NCBI GenBank assembly: GCA_043228905.1
Contig: JBHGNT010000016.1
Span: 310,001-374,000 of the forward strand
DNA from: Azolla caroliniana
Taxonomy: Eukaryota; Plantae; Polypodiophyta
Reading direction: 5' to 3'
Length of the DNA: 64,000 nt
Shown here in pieces: positions 11,400-25,300 of the stretch (its first letter is position 1; every line of letters starts with the position of its first letter). The translations under genes and the position numbers were made by a program. The notes below the pieces were generated by a model. It worked only from the letters and a program-made list of their open reading frames with translations. It did no database searches and was not told where the DNA came from.

Positions 11400-14300
11400 C
11401 GACCTGAGTTTCAAAATCTTGATTTTTTAATTCCATATCAGAGCTAGCGTTGTTAGCTTCGATTCACATGTTTGAACACAAAAATCCAATATCACACGAA
11501 CCACGGATGAACATTTTAATTTACCTACTAGCACTTGTCAACTCCCTCCTCAAATTTGCTAATTTCTTCATGTCTCTCGACCTGAGTTTCAAAATCTTGA
11601 TTTTTTAATTCCATATCAGAGCTAGCGTTGTTAGCTTCGATTCGCATGTTTGAACACAAAAATCCCATATCACACGAACCACGTATGAACATTTTAATTT
11701 ACCTACTAGCGCTTGTCAACTCCCTCCTTAAATTTGCTAATTTCTTCATGTCTCTCGACCTGAGTTTGAAAATCTGGATTTTTCAACTCCTTAACAGAGC
11801 TAGCGCTGTTACCTTCGATTCGCATGTTTGAACACAAAAATCCGATATCACACGAGCCACGGATGAACATTTTAATTTACTAACGCGCTCTTCTCCACTA
11901 CCTCCTCAAATTTGCTAATTTCTTCATGTCTCACGACCTGAATTTCAAAATCTTGATTTTTTAAATCCATATCTGAGCTAGCGTTGTTAGCTTCCATTCG
12001 CATGTTTGAACACAAAAATCCGATATCACAAGAGCCACGGATGAAGATTTTAATTTACTAACGCGCTCTTCTCCACTACCTCCTCAAATTTGCTAATTTC
12101 TTCATGTCTCTCGACCTATGTTTCAAAATCTCGATTTTTTAATTGCATATCAGAGTAAGCGTTGTTAGCTTCGATTCGCATGTTTGAATACAAAAATACG
12201 ATATCACACGAGCCACGTATGAACATTTTAATTTACCTACTAGCTCTTGTCAACTCCCACCTGAAATTTGCTAATTTCTTCACGTCTCTCGACCTGACTT
12301 TCAAAATCTTGACTTTTTAATTCCATATCAGAGCTAGCGTTGTTAGCTTTGATTCTTATGTTTGAACACAGAAATCCGATATCACACGAGCCAGGTATGA
12401 ACATTTTAATTTACCTACTAGCTCTTGTCAACTCCCTCCTCAAATTTGTTAATATCTTCATGTCTCTCGACCTGAGTTTCAAAATCTTGATTTTTGAATT
12501 CCATATTAGAGCTAGCGTTGTTAGCTTCGATTCGCATGTTTGAACATAAAAATCCGATATCATACGAGCCAGGTATGAACCTTTTAATTTACCTACTAAC
12601 GCTTGTCAACTCCCTCCTCAAATTTGCTAATTTCTTCATGTCTCTCGACCTGAATCTTCAAAATCTTGATTTTTTAATTCCATAACATAGCTAGCGCTGT
12701 TAGCTTCGATTCACATGTTTGAACACAAAAATCTGATATCACACGAGCCACGGATGAACATTTTAATTTACCTACTAGCGCTTGTCAACTCCCTCCTCAA
12801 ATTTGCTAATTTCTTCATGTCTCTGGACCTGAGTTTAAAAATCTTGATTTTTTAATTCCATATCAGAGCTAGCGCTGTTAGCTTCGATTCACATGTTTGA
12901 AGACAAAAATCCGATATCACACGAACCACGTATGAACATTTTAATTTACCTACTAGCGCTTATCAACTCCCTCCTCAAATTTGCTAATTTCTTCATGTCT
13001 CTCGACCTGAGTTTCAAAATCTTGATTTTTCAATTCCATATTTTAGCTAGCGTTGTTAGCTTCCATTCGCATGTTTGAACACAAAAATCCGATATCACAC
13101 GAGCCACGTATGAACATTTTAATTTACCTACTAGCGCTTGTAACCTCCCTCATGAAATTTGCTAATTTCTTCATGTGTGTCGACCTGAGTTTCAAAATCT
13201 TGATTTTTTAATTGCATATCAAAGCTAGCGTTGTTAGCTTCGATTCGCATGTTTGAACAAAGAAATCCGATATCACAAGAGCCAGGTATAAACATTTTAA
13301 TTTACTAACGCGCTCTTCTCCACTACCTCCTCAAATTTGCTAATTTCTTCATATCTCTCGAGCTGAGTTTCAAAATCTTGATTTTTTAATTCCATATCAA
13401 AGCTAGTGTTGTTAACTTTGATTCACATGTTTCAACACAAAAATCCGATATCACACGAGCCACGTATGAACATTTTAATTTACCTACTAGCTCTTGTTAA
13501 CTCCCTCCTCAAATTTGTTAATTTCTTCATGTCTCTCGATCTGAGTTACAAAATCTTGATTTTTTAATTTCATATTAGAGATAGCGTTGTTAGGTTCGAT
13601 TCGCATGTTTGAACACAGAAATCCGATATCACACGAGCCAGGTATGAAAATTTTAATTTACCTACTAGCTCTTGTTAACTCCCTCCAATGTCACACGAGC
13701 CACGTATGAACATTTTAATTTACTAACGCGCTCTTCTCCACTCCATCGTCAAATTTGTTAATTTCTTCATGTCTCTCGACCTGATTTTCAAAATCTTGAT
13801 TTTTTAATTCCATATCAGAGCTAGCGTTGTTAGCTTCGATTCGCATGTTTGAACACAAAAATCCGATATCACATGAGCCTGGTATGAACATTTTAATTTT
13901 CTAACGCGCTCTTCTCCACTACCTCCTTAAATTTCATATTTCCTCATGTGTGTCGACCTGAGCTTCAAAATCTTGATTTTTTAATTCCATATCACAGCAA
14001 GCGTTGTTAGCTTCGATTCACATGTTTGAACACAGAAATCAGATATCAGACGAGCCTGGTATGAACATTTTAATTTACTAACGCGCTCTTCTCCACTACC
14101 TCCTCAAATTTGCTAATTTCTTCATGTCTCTCGACCTGAGTTTCAAAATCTTGATTTTTCAATTCCATATCAGAGCTAGCGTTGTTAGCTTTGATTCTTA
14201 TGTTTGAACACAGAAATCCGATATCACACGAGCCAGGTATGAACATTTTAATTTACCTACTAGCGCTTGTCAACTCCCTCCTCAAATTTGCTAATTTCTT

Positions 14301-16547
14301 CATGTCTCTCGACCTGAGTTTCAAAATCTTGATTTTTTAATTCCATATCAGAGCTAGCGCTGTTAGCTTCGATTCACATGTTTGAACACAAAAATCCGAT
14401 ATCACACGAGCCTGGTATGAACATTTTAATTTACTAACGCGCTCTTCTCCACTACGTCCTCAAATTTACTAATTTCTTCATGTCTCTCTACCTGAGTTTC
14501 AAAATGTTTATTTTTTATATGTATATTAGAGCTAGCGTTGGTAGCTTCGATTCGCATGTTTGAACACAAAAATCCGATATCACACGAGCTAGGTATGAAC
14601 ATTTTAATTTACTAACGCGCTCTTCTCTACTACCTCCTCAAATTTGCTAATTTCTTCATTTGTGTCGACCTGAGTTTCAAAATCTTGATTTTTTAATTCC
14701 ATATGACAGCTAGCGTTGTTAGCTTCGCTTCGCATGTTTGAACAAAGAAATCCGATATCACAAGAGCCAGGTATGAACATTTTAATTTATTAACGCGCTC
14801 TTCTCCACTACCTCTTCAATTTTGCTAATTTCTTCATATCTCTCGAGCTGAGTTTCAAAATCTTGATATTTTAATTCCATATCAGAGCTAGTGCTGTTAG
14901 CTTCGATTCGCATGTTTCAACATAGAAATCCGATATCACACGAGCCAGGTATGAACATTTTAATTTACCTACTAGCTCTTGTCAACTCCCTCCTAGAATT
15001 TGCTAATTTCTTCATGTGTGTCGACCTAAGTTTCAAAACTTGATTTTTTAATTCCATATCACAGCTAGCGTTGTTAGCTTCGATTCCCATGTTTGAACAC
15101 AGAAATCAGATATCACTCGAGCCTGGTATGAACATTTTAATTTACTAACGTGCTCTTTTCCACTACCGCCTCAAATTTGCTAATTTCTTCATGTCTCTCG
15201 ACCTGAGTTTCAAAATCTTGATTTTTCAATTCCATATCAGAGCTAGCGTTCTTAGCTTTGATTCTTATGTTTGAACACAAAAATCCGATATCACACGAGC
15301 CAGGTATGAACATTTTAATTTACTGACTAGCTCTTCTCAACTCCCTCCTCAAATTTCTTAATTTCTTCATGTCTCTCGACCTGAGTTTCAAAATCTTGAT
15401 TTTTTAATTCCATAACAGAGCTAGCGCTGTTAGCTTCGATTCACATGTTTGAACACAAAAATCCGATATCACACGAGCCACGTAAGAACATTTTAATTTA
15501 CCTACTAGCGCTTGTCAACTCCCTCTTCAAATTTGCTAATTTCTTCATGTCTCTCGACCTGAGTTTCAAAATCTTGATTTTTTAATTCCATATCAGAGCT
15601 AGCGTTGTTAGCTTCGATTCGCATGTTTGAACATAAAAATCCGATATCCTACGAGCCAGGTATGAACCTTTTAATTTACCTACTAGCGCTTGTCAACTCC
15701 CTCCGCAAATTAGCTAATTTCTTCATGTCTCTCGACCTGAGTTTCAAAATCTTGATTTTTTAATTCCATATCAGAGCTAGCGTTGCTAGCTTCGATTCGC
15801 ATGTTTGAACATAAAAATCCGATATCACACGAGCCTGGTATGAACATTTTAATTTACTAACGCGCTCTTCTCCACTACGTCCTCAAATTTACTAATTTCT
15901 TCATGTCTCTCGACCTGAGTTTCAAAATCTTGATTTTTTATATGTATATTAGAGCTACCGTTGTTAGCTTCGATTCGCATGTTTGAACACAAAAATCCGA
16001 TATCACATGAGCCACGTATGAACATTTTAATTTACCTACTAGCTCTTGTCAACTCCCTCCTCAAATTTGCTAATTTCTTCATGTCTCTCGACCTGAGTTT
16101 CAAAATCTTGATTTTTCAATTCCATATTAGACCTAGCGTTAGCTTCGATTCGCATGTTTGAACATAAAAATCCGATATCATACGAGCCAGGTATGAACCT
16201 TTTAATTTACCTACTAGCGCTTGTCAACTCCCTCCTCAAATTTGTTAATTTCTTCATGTCTCTCGACCTGAGCTACAAAATCTTGATTTTCTAATTCCGT
16301 AACATAGCTAGCGCTGTTAGCTTCGATTCACATGTTTGAACACAAAAATCCGATATCACACGAGCCACGGATGAACATTTTAATTTACCTACTAGCGCTT
16401 GTCAACTCCCTCCTCAAATTTGCTAATTTCTTCATGTCTCTCGACCTGAGCTACAAAATCTTGATTTTTTAATTCCGTAACATAGCTAGCGCTGTTAGCT
16501 TCGATTCACATGTTTGAACACAAAAATCCGATATCACACGAGCCACG
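11400..16547 (+). repeat. First copy of long-range duplicated block (partner at +47,453 bp)
   Basis: ORF starts 11628, 12340, 12494, 12893, 15961 map to 59081, 59793, 59947, 60346, 63414. The 240-bp aberrant monomer occurs only in these two blocks. Confidence 0.92.
13609..13844 (+). repeat. Aberrant 240-bp unit (A-type fragment fused to B-type monomer; net 116-bp deletion); second copy at ~61062-61297
   Basis: TCACACGAGC occurs at 13629 and again at 13691, 62 bp apart. The junction reads CCCTCC-AATG-TCACAC. Confidence 0.85.
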
Positions 16548-19500
16548 GATGAACATTTTAATTTACCTACTAGGGCTTGTCAACTCCCTCCTCAAATTTG
16601 CTAATTTCTTCATGTGTCTCGACCTGAGTTTCAAAATCTTGATTTTTTAATACCATATCAGAGCTAGCGTTGTTAGCTTCGATTCACATGTTTGAACACA
16701 AAAAACTGATATCACACGAGCCTGGTATGAACATTTTAATTTACCTACTAGGGCTTGTCAACTCCCTCCTTAAATTTACTAATTTTTTCATGTGTGTCGA
16801 CCTGAGTTTCAAAATCTTGATTTTTTAATACCATATCAGAGCTAGCGGTGTTAGCTTCGATTCCCATGTTTGATCACAGAAATCAGATATCAGACGAGCC
16901 TGGTATGAACATTTTAATTTACTAACGCGCTCTTCTCCACTACCTGTCTCTCGACCTGAGTTTCAAAATCTGGATTTTTCAATTCCATATCAGAGCTAGC
17001 GTTGTTAGCTTTGATTCTTATGTTTGAACACAAAAATCCGATATCACACGAGCCAGGTATGAACATTTTAATTTACCTACTAGCGCTTATCAACTCCCTC
17101 CTCAAATTTGCTAATTTCTTCATGTCTCTCGACCTGAGTTTCAAAATCTTGATTTTTCAATTCCATATTAGAGCTAGCGTTCTTAGCTTCGATTCGCAAG
17201 TTTGAACACAAAAATCCGATATTACACGAGCCACGTATGAACATTTTAATTTACCTACTAGCGCTTGTAACCTCCCTCATGAAACTTGCTAATTTCTTCA
17301 TGTCTCTCGACCTGAGTTTCAAAATCTTGATTTTTTAATTGCAATTCAAAGCTAGCGCTGTTAGCTTCGATTCACATGTTTGAACACAAAAATCCGATAT
17401 CACACAAGCCACGGATGAACATTATAATTTACCTACTAGCGCTTGTCAACTCCCTCCTCAACTTTGCTAATTTCTTCATGTCTCTCGACCTGAGTTTCAA
17501 AATTTTGATTTTTTAATTCCATATCAGAGCTAGCGTTGTTAGCTTCGATTCGCATGTTTGAACATAAAAATCCGATATCAGACGAGCCAGGTATGAACCT
17601 TTTAATTTACGTACTAGCGCTTGTCAACTCCCTCCGCAAATTTGCTAATTTCTTCATGTCTCTCGACCTGAGTTTCAAAATCTGGATTTTTCAACTCCTT
17701 AACAGAGCTAACGTTGTTAGCTTCGATTCGCATGTTTGAACACAAAAATCCGATATCACATGAGCCACGGATGAACATTTTAATTTACTAACGCGCTCTT
17801 CTCCACTACCTCCTCAAATTTGCTAATTTCTTCATGTCTCACGACCTGAATTTCAAAATCTTGATTTTTTAAATCCATATCTGAGCTAGCGTTGTTAGCT
17901 TCGATTCGCATGTTTGAACACAAAAATCCGATATCACACGAGCCACGGATGAACATTTTAATTTACTAACGCGCTCTTCTCCACTACCTCCTCAAATTTG
18001 CTAATTTCTTCATGTCTCTCGACCTATGTTTCAAAATCTTGATTTTTTAATTCCATATCAGAGCAAGCGTTGTTAGCTTCGATTCCCATGTTTGAATACA
18101 AAAATACGATATCACACGAGCCACATATGAACATTTTAATTTACCTACTAGCTCTTGTCAACTCCCACCTGAAATTTGCTAATTTCTTCACGTCTCTCGA
18201 CCTGACTTTCAAAATCTTGACTTTTTAATTCCATATTAGAGCTAGCGTTGTTAGCTTTGATTCTTATGTTTGAACACAGCAATCCGATATCACACGAGCC
18301 AGGTATGAACATTTTAATTTACCTACTAGCTCTTGTCAACTCCCTACTCAAATTTGTTAATTTCTTCATGTCTCTCGACCTGAGTTTCAAAATCTTGATT
18401 TTTGAATTCCATATTAGAGCTAGCGTTGTTAGCTTCGATTCACATGTTTTAACATAAAAATCCGATATCATACGAGCCAGGTATGAACCTTTTAATTTAC
18501 CTACTAACGCTTGTTAACTCCCTCCTCAAATTTGCTAATTTCTTCATATCTCTCGACCTGAAGCTTCAAAATCTTGATTTTTTAATTCCATATCAGAGCT
18601 AGCGTTGTTAGCTTTGATTCTTATGTTTGAACACAGAAATCCGATATCACACGAGCCAGGTATGAACATTTTAATTTACCTACTAGCGCTTGTCAACTCC
18701 CTCCTCAAATTTGCTAATTTCTTCATGTCTCTCGACCTGAGTTTCAAAATCTTGATTTTTTAATTCCATATCAGAGCTAGCGCTGTTAGCTTCGATTCAC
18801 ATGTTTGAACACAAAAATCCGATATCACACGAGCCTGGTATGAACATTTTAATTTACTAACGCGCTGTTCTCCACTACGTCCTCAAATTTACTAATTTCT
18901 TCATGTCTCTCTACCTGAGTTTCAAAATGTTTATTTTTTATATGTATATTAGAGCTAGCGTTGGTAGCTTCGATTCGCATGTTTGAACACAAAAATCCGA
19001 TATCACACGAGCTAGGTATGAACATTTTAATTTACTAACGCGCTCTTCTCTACTACCTCCTCAAATTTGCTAATTTCTTCATTTGTGTCGACCTGAGTTT
19101 CAAAATCTTGATTTTTTAATTCCATATGACAGCTAGCGTTGTTAGCTTCGCTTCGCATGTTTGAACAAAGAAATCCGATATCACAAGAGCCAGGTATGAA
19201 CATTTTAATTTACTAACGCGCTCTTCTCCACTACCTCTTCAATTTTGCTAATTTCTTCATATCTCTCGAGCTGAGTTTCAAAATCTTGATATTTTAATTC
19301 CATATCAGAGCTAGTGCTGTTAGCTTCGATTCGCATGTTTCAACATAGAAATCCGATATCACACGAGCCAGGTATGAACATTTTAATTTACCTACTAGCT
19401 CTTGTCAACTCCCTCCTAGAATTTGCTAATTTCTTCATGTGTGTCGACCTAAGTTTCAAAACTTGATTTTTTAATTCCATATCACAGCTAGCGTTGTTAG

Positions 19501-22290
19501 CTTCGATTCCCATGTTTGAACACAGAAATCAGATATCACTCGAGCCTGGTATGAACATTTTAATTTACTAACGTGCTCTTTTCCACTACCGCCTCAAATT
19601 TGCTAATTTCTTCATGTCTCTCGACCTGAGTTTCAAAATCTTGATTTTTCAATTCCATATCAGAGCTAGCGTTCTTAGCTTTGATTCTTATGTTTGAACA
19701 CAAAAATCCGATATCACACGAGCCAGGTATGAACATTTTAATTTACTGACTAGCTCTTCTCAACTCCCTCCTCAAATTTCTTAATTTCTTCATGTCTCTC
19801 GACCTGAGTTTCAAAATCTTGATTTTTTAATTCCATAACAGAGCTAGCGCTGTTAGCTTCGATTCACATGTTTGAACACAAAAATCCGATATCACACGAG
19901 CCACGTATGAACATTTTAATTTACCTACTAGCACTTGTCAACTCCCTCTTCAAATTTGCTAATTTCTTCATGTCTCTCGACCTGAGTTTCAAAATCTTGA
20001 TTTTTTAATTCCATATCAGAGCTAGCGTTGTTAGCTTCGATTCGCATGTTTGAACATAAAAATCCGATATCCTACGAGCCAGGTATGAACCTTTTAATTT
20101 ACCTACTAGCGCTTGTCAACTCCCTCCGCAAATTAGCTAATTTCTTCATGTCTCTCGACCTGAGTTTCAAAATCTTGATTTTTTAATACCATATCAGAGC
20201 TAGCGTTGCTAGCTTCGATTCGCATGTTTGAACATAAAAATCCGATATCACACGAGCCTGGTATGAACATTTTAATTTACTAACGCGCTCTTCTCCACTA
20301 CGTCCTCAAATTTACTAATTTCTTCATGTCTCTCGACCTGAGTTTCAAAATCTTGATTTTTTATATGTATATTAGAGCTACCGTTGTTAGCTTCGATTCG
20401 CATGTTTGAACACAAAAATCCGATATCACATGAGCCACGTATGAACATTTTAATTTACCTACTAGCTCTTGTCAACTCCCTCCTCAAATTTGCTAATTTC
20501 TTCATGTCTCTCGACCTGAGTTTCAAAATCTTGATTTTTCAATTCCATATTAGACCTAGCGTTAGCTTCGATTCGCATGTTTGAACATAAAAATCCGATA
20601 TCATACGAGCCAGGTATGAACCTTTTAATTTACCTACTAGCGCTTGTCAACTCCCTCCTCAAATTTGCTAATTTCTTCATGTCTCTCGACCTGAGCTACA
20701 AAATCTTGATTTTTTAATTCCGTAACATAGCTAGCGCTGTTAGCTTCGATTCACATGTTTGAACACAAAAATCCGATATCACACGAGCCACGGATGAACA
20801 TTTTAATTTACCTACTAGCGCTTGTCAACTCCCTCCTCAAATTTGCTAATTTCTTCATGTCTCTCGACCTGAGCTACAAAATCTTGATTTTTTAATTCCG
20901 TAACATAGCTAGCGCTGTTAGCTTCGATTCACATGTTTGAACACAAAAATCCGATATCACACGAGCCACGGATGAACATTTTAATTTACCTACTAGGGCT
21001 TGTCAACTCCCTCCTCAAATTTGCTAATTTCTTCATGTGTCTCGACCTGAGTTTCAAAATCTTGATTTTTTAATACCATATTAGAGCTAGCGTTGTTAGC
21101 TTCGATTCACATGTTTGAACACAAAAAACTGATATCACACGAGCCTGGTATGAACATTTTAATTTACCTACTAGGGCTTGTCAACTCCCTCCTTAAATTT
21201 ACTAATTTTTTCATGTGTGTCGACCTGAGTTTCAAAATCTTGATTTTTTAATACCATATCAGAGCTAGCGGTGTTAGCTTCGATTCCCATGTTTGAACAC
21301 AGAAATCAGATATAAGACGAGCCTGGTATGAACATTTTAATTTACTAACGCGCTCTTCTCCACTACCTGTCTCTCGACCTGAGTTTCAAAATCTGGATTT
21401 TTCAATTCCATATCAGAGCTAGCGTTGTTAGCTTTGATTCTTATGTTTGAACACAAAAATCCGATATCACACGAGCCAGGTATGAACATTTTAATTTACC
21501 TACTAGCGCTTATCAACTCCCTCCTCAAATTTGCTAATTTCTTCATGTCTCTCGACCTGAGTTTCAAAATCTTGATTTTTCAATTCCATATTAGAGCTAG
21601 CGTTCTTAGCTTCGATTCGCAAGTTTGAACACAAAAATCCGATATTACACGAGCCACGTATGAACATTTTAATTTACCTACTAGCGCTTGTAACCTCCCT
21701 CATGAAACTTGCTAATTTCTTCATGTCTCTCGACCTGAGTTTCAAAATCTTGATTTTTTAATTGCATATCAAAGCTAGCGCTGTTAGCTTCGATTCACAT
21801 GTTTGAACACAAAAATCCGATATCACACAAGCCACGGAAGGACATTATAATTTACCTACTAGCGCTTGTCAACTCCCTCCTCAACTTTGCTAATTTCTTC
21901 ATGTCTCTGGACCTGAGTTTCAAAACTTTGATTTTTTAATTCCATATCAGAGCTAGCGTTGTTAGCTTCGATTCGCATGTTTGAACATAAAAATCCGATA
22001 TCATACGAGCCAGGTATGAACCTTTTAATTTACCTACTAGCGCTTGTCAACTCCCTCCGCAAATTTGCTAATTTCTTCATGTCTCTCGACCTGAGTTTCA
22101 AAATCTGGATTTTTCAACTCCTTAACAGAGCTAACGTTGTTAGCTTCGATTCGCATGTTTGAACACAAAAATCCGATATCACACGAGCCACGGATGAACA
22201 TTTTAATTTACTAACGCGCTCTTCTCCACTACCTCCTCAAATTTGCTAATTTCTTCATGTCTCACGACCTGAATTTCAAAATCTTGATTT
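14170..22290 (+). repeat. Partial tandem 25-mer duplication (period 4423 bp)
   Basis: ORF starts 15961/20384, 17002/21425 and 17536/21959 differ by 4423 = 25x178 - 27. The 24-bp deletion marker is at 16945 and 21368. Confidence 0.85.
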
Positions 22291-22314
22291 TTCAATTCCA
22301 TATCAGAGCTAGCG

Positions 22315-25300
22315 TTGTTAGCTTCGATTCGCATGTTTGAACACAAAAATCCGATATCACATGAGCCACGTATGAACATTTTAATTTACCTACTAGCTCT
22401 TGTCAACTCCCTCCTAAAATTTGCTAATTTCTTCATGTCTCTCGACCTGAGTTTCAAAATCTTGATTTTTCAATTCCATATTAGACCTAGCGTTACCTTC
22501 GATTCGCATGTTTGAACATAAAAATCCGATATCATACGAGCCAGGTATGAACCTTTTAATTTACCTACTAGCGCTTGTCAACTCCCTCCTCAAATTTGCT
22601 AATTTCTTCATGTCTCTCGACCTGAGCTACAAAATCTTGATTTTTTAATTCCGTAACATAGCTAGCGCTGTTAGCTTCGATTCACATGTTTGAACACAAA
22701 AATCCGATATCACACGAGCCACGGATGAACATTTTAATTTACCTACTAGCGCTTGTCAACTCCCTCCTCACATTTGCTAATTTCTTGATGTCTCTCGACC
22801 TGTGTTTCAAAATCTTGATTTTTTAATACCATATCAGAGCTAGCGTTGTTAGCTTCGATTCACATGTTTGAACACAAAAATCTGATATCACACGAGCCAC
22901 GTATGAACATTTTAATTTACCTACTAGCTCTTGTCAACTCCCTCCTCAAATTTACTATTTTTTTCATGTGTGTCGACCTGAGTTTCAAAATCTTGATTTT
23001 TTAATTCCATATCACAGCTAGCGTTGTTAGCTTCGATTCCCATGTTTGAACACAAAAATCAGATATCAGACGAGCCTGGTATGAACATTTTAATTTACTA
23101 ACGCGCTCTTCTCCACTACCTCCTCAAATGTGTGTCGACCTGAGTTTCAAAATCTTGATTTTTTAATTCCATATCACAGCTAGCGTTGTTAGCTTCGATT
23201 CCCATGTTTGAACACAGAAATCAGATATCAGACGAGCCTGGTATGAACATTTTAATTTACTAACGCGCTCTTCTCCACTACCTCCTCAAATTTGCTAATT
23301 TCTTCATGTCTCTCGACCTGAGTTTCAAAATCTTGATTTTTCAATTCCATATCAGAGCTAGCGTTGTTAGCTTTGATTCTTATGTTTGAACACAAAAATC
23401 CGATATCACACGAGCCAGGTATGAACATTTTAATTTACCTACTAGCTCTTGTCAACTCCCTCCTGAAATTTCTTAATTTCTTCATGTCTCTTGACCTGAG
23501 TTTCAAAATCTTGATTTTTTAATTCCATAATAGAACTAGCGCTGTTAGCTTCGATTCACATGTTTGAACACAAAAATCCGATATCACACGAGCCACGGAT
23601 GAACATTTTAATTTACCTACTAGCGCTTGTCAACTCCCTCCTCAAATTTGCTAATTTCTTCATGTCTCTCGACCTGAGTTTCAAAATCTTGATTTTTTAA
23701 TACCATATTAGAGCTAGCGTTGTTAGCTTCGATTCACATGTTTGAACACAAAAATCTGATATCACACGAGCCACGTATGAACATTTTAATTTACCTACTA
23801 GCTCTTGTCAACTCCCTCCTCAAATTTACTAATTTTTTCATGTGTGTCGACCTGAGTTTCAGAATCTTGATTTTTTAATTCCATATCACAGCTAGCGTTG
23901 TTAGCTTCGATTCCCATGTTTGAACACAGAAATCAGATATCACACGAGCCTGGTATGAACATTTTAATTTACTAACACGCTCTTCTCCACTACCTCCTCA
24001 AATTTGCTAATTTCTTCATGTCTCTCGACCTGAGTTTCAAAATCTTGATTTTTCAATTCCATATCAGAGCTACCGTTGTTAGCTTCGATTCGCATGTTTG
24101 AACACAGAAATCCGATATCACATGAGCCACGTATGAACATTTTAATTTACCTACTAGCTCTTGTCAACTCCCTCCTAAAATTTGCTAATTTCTTCATGTC
24201 TCTCGACCTGAGTTTCAAAATCTTGATTTTTCAATTCCATATTAGACCTAGCGTTACCTTCGATTCGCATGTTTGAACATAAAAATCCGATATCATACGA
24301 GCCAGGTATGAACCTTTTAATTTACCTACTAGCGCTTGTCAACTCCCTCCTCAAATTTGCTAATTTCTTCATGTCTCTCGACCTGAGCTACAAAATCTTG
24401 ATTTTTTAATTCCGTAACATAGCTAGCGCTGTTAGCTTTGATTCACATGTTTGAACACAAAAATCCGATATCACACGAGCCACGGATGAACATTTTAATT
24501 TACCTATTAGCGCTTGTCAACTCCCTCCTCACATTTGCTAATTTCTTGATGTCTCTCGACCTGAGTTTCAAAATCTTGATTTTTTAATACCATATCAGAG
24601 CTAGCGTTGTTAGCTTCGATTCACATGTTTGAACACAAAAATCTGATATCACACGAGCCACGTATGAACATTTTAATTTACCTACTAGCTCTTGTCAACT
24701 CCCTCCTCAAATTTACTATTTTTTTCATGTGTGTCGACCTGAGTTTCAAAATCTTGATTTTTTAATTCCATATCACAGCTAGCGTTGTTAGCTTCGATTC
24801 CCATGTTTGAACACAAAAATCAGATATCAGACGAGCCTGGTATGAACATTTTAATTTACTAACGCGCTCTTCTCCACTACCTCCTCAAATGTGTGTCGAC
24901 CTGAGTTTCAAAATCTTGATTTTTTAATTCCATATCACAGCTAGCGTTGTTAGCTTCGATTCCCATGTTTGAACACAGAAATCAGATATCAGACGAGCCT
25001 GGTATGAACATTTTAATTTACTAACGCGCTCTTCTCCACTACCTCCTCAAATTTGCTAATTTCTTCATGTCTCTCGACCTGAGTTTCAAAATCTTGATTT
25101 TTCAATTCCATATCAGAGCTAGCGTTGTTAGCTTTGATTCTTATGTTTGAACACAAAAAACCGATATCACACGAGCCAGGTATGAACATTTTAATTTACC
25201 TACTAGCTCTTGTCAATTCCCTCCTGAAATTTCTTAATTTCTTCATGTCTCTTGACCTGAGTTTCAAAATCTTGATTTCTTAATTCCATAATAGAGCTAG

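Larger units (their letters stand above)
6405..19880 (+). repeat. Segment duplication at 10,541-bp offset: ~6405-9340 copied at ~16946-19880
   Basis: ORF starts 6461/17002, 6995/17536 and 7707/18248 all differ by 10,541. The AAGCTT insertion marker is at 8020 and 18561. Confidence 0.85.

Noticed and set aside
16270-16500. Adjacent repeats of the CTACAAAA...TTCCGTAACATAGC haplotype
   Set aside because: A simple single-monomer duplication carried along in later HOR copies, with no separate significance.
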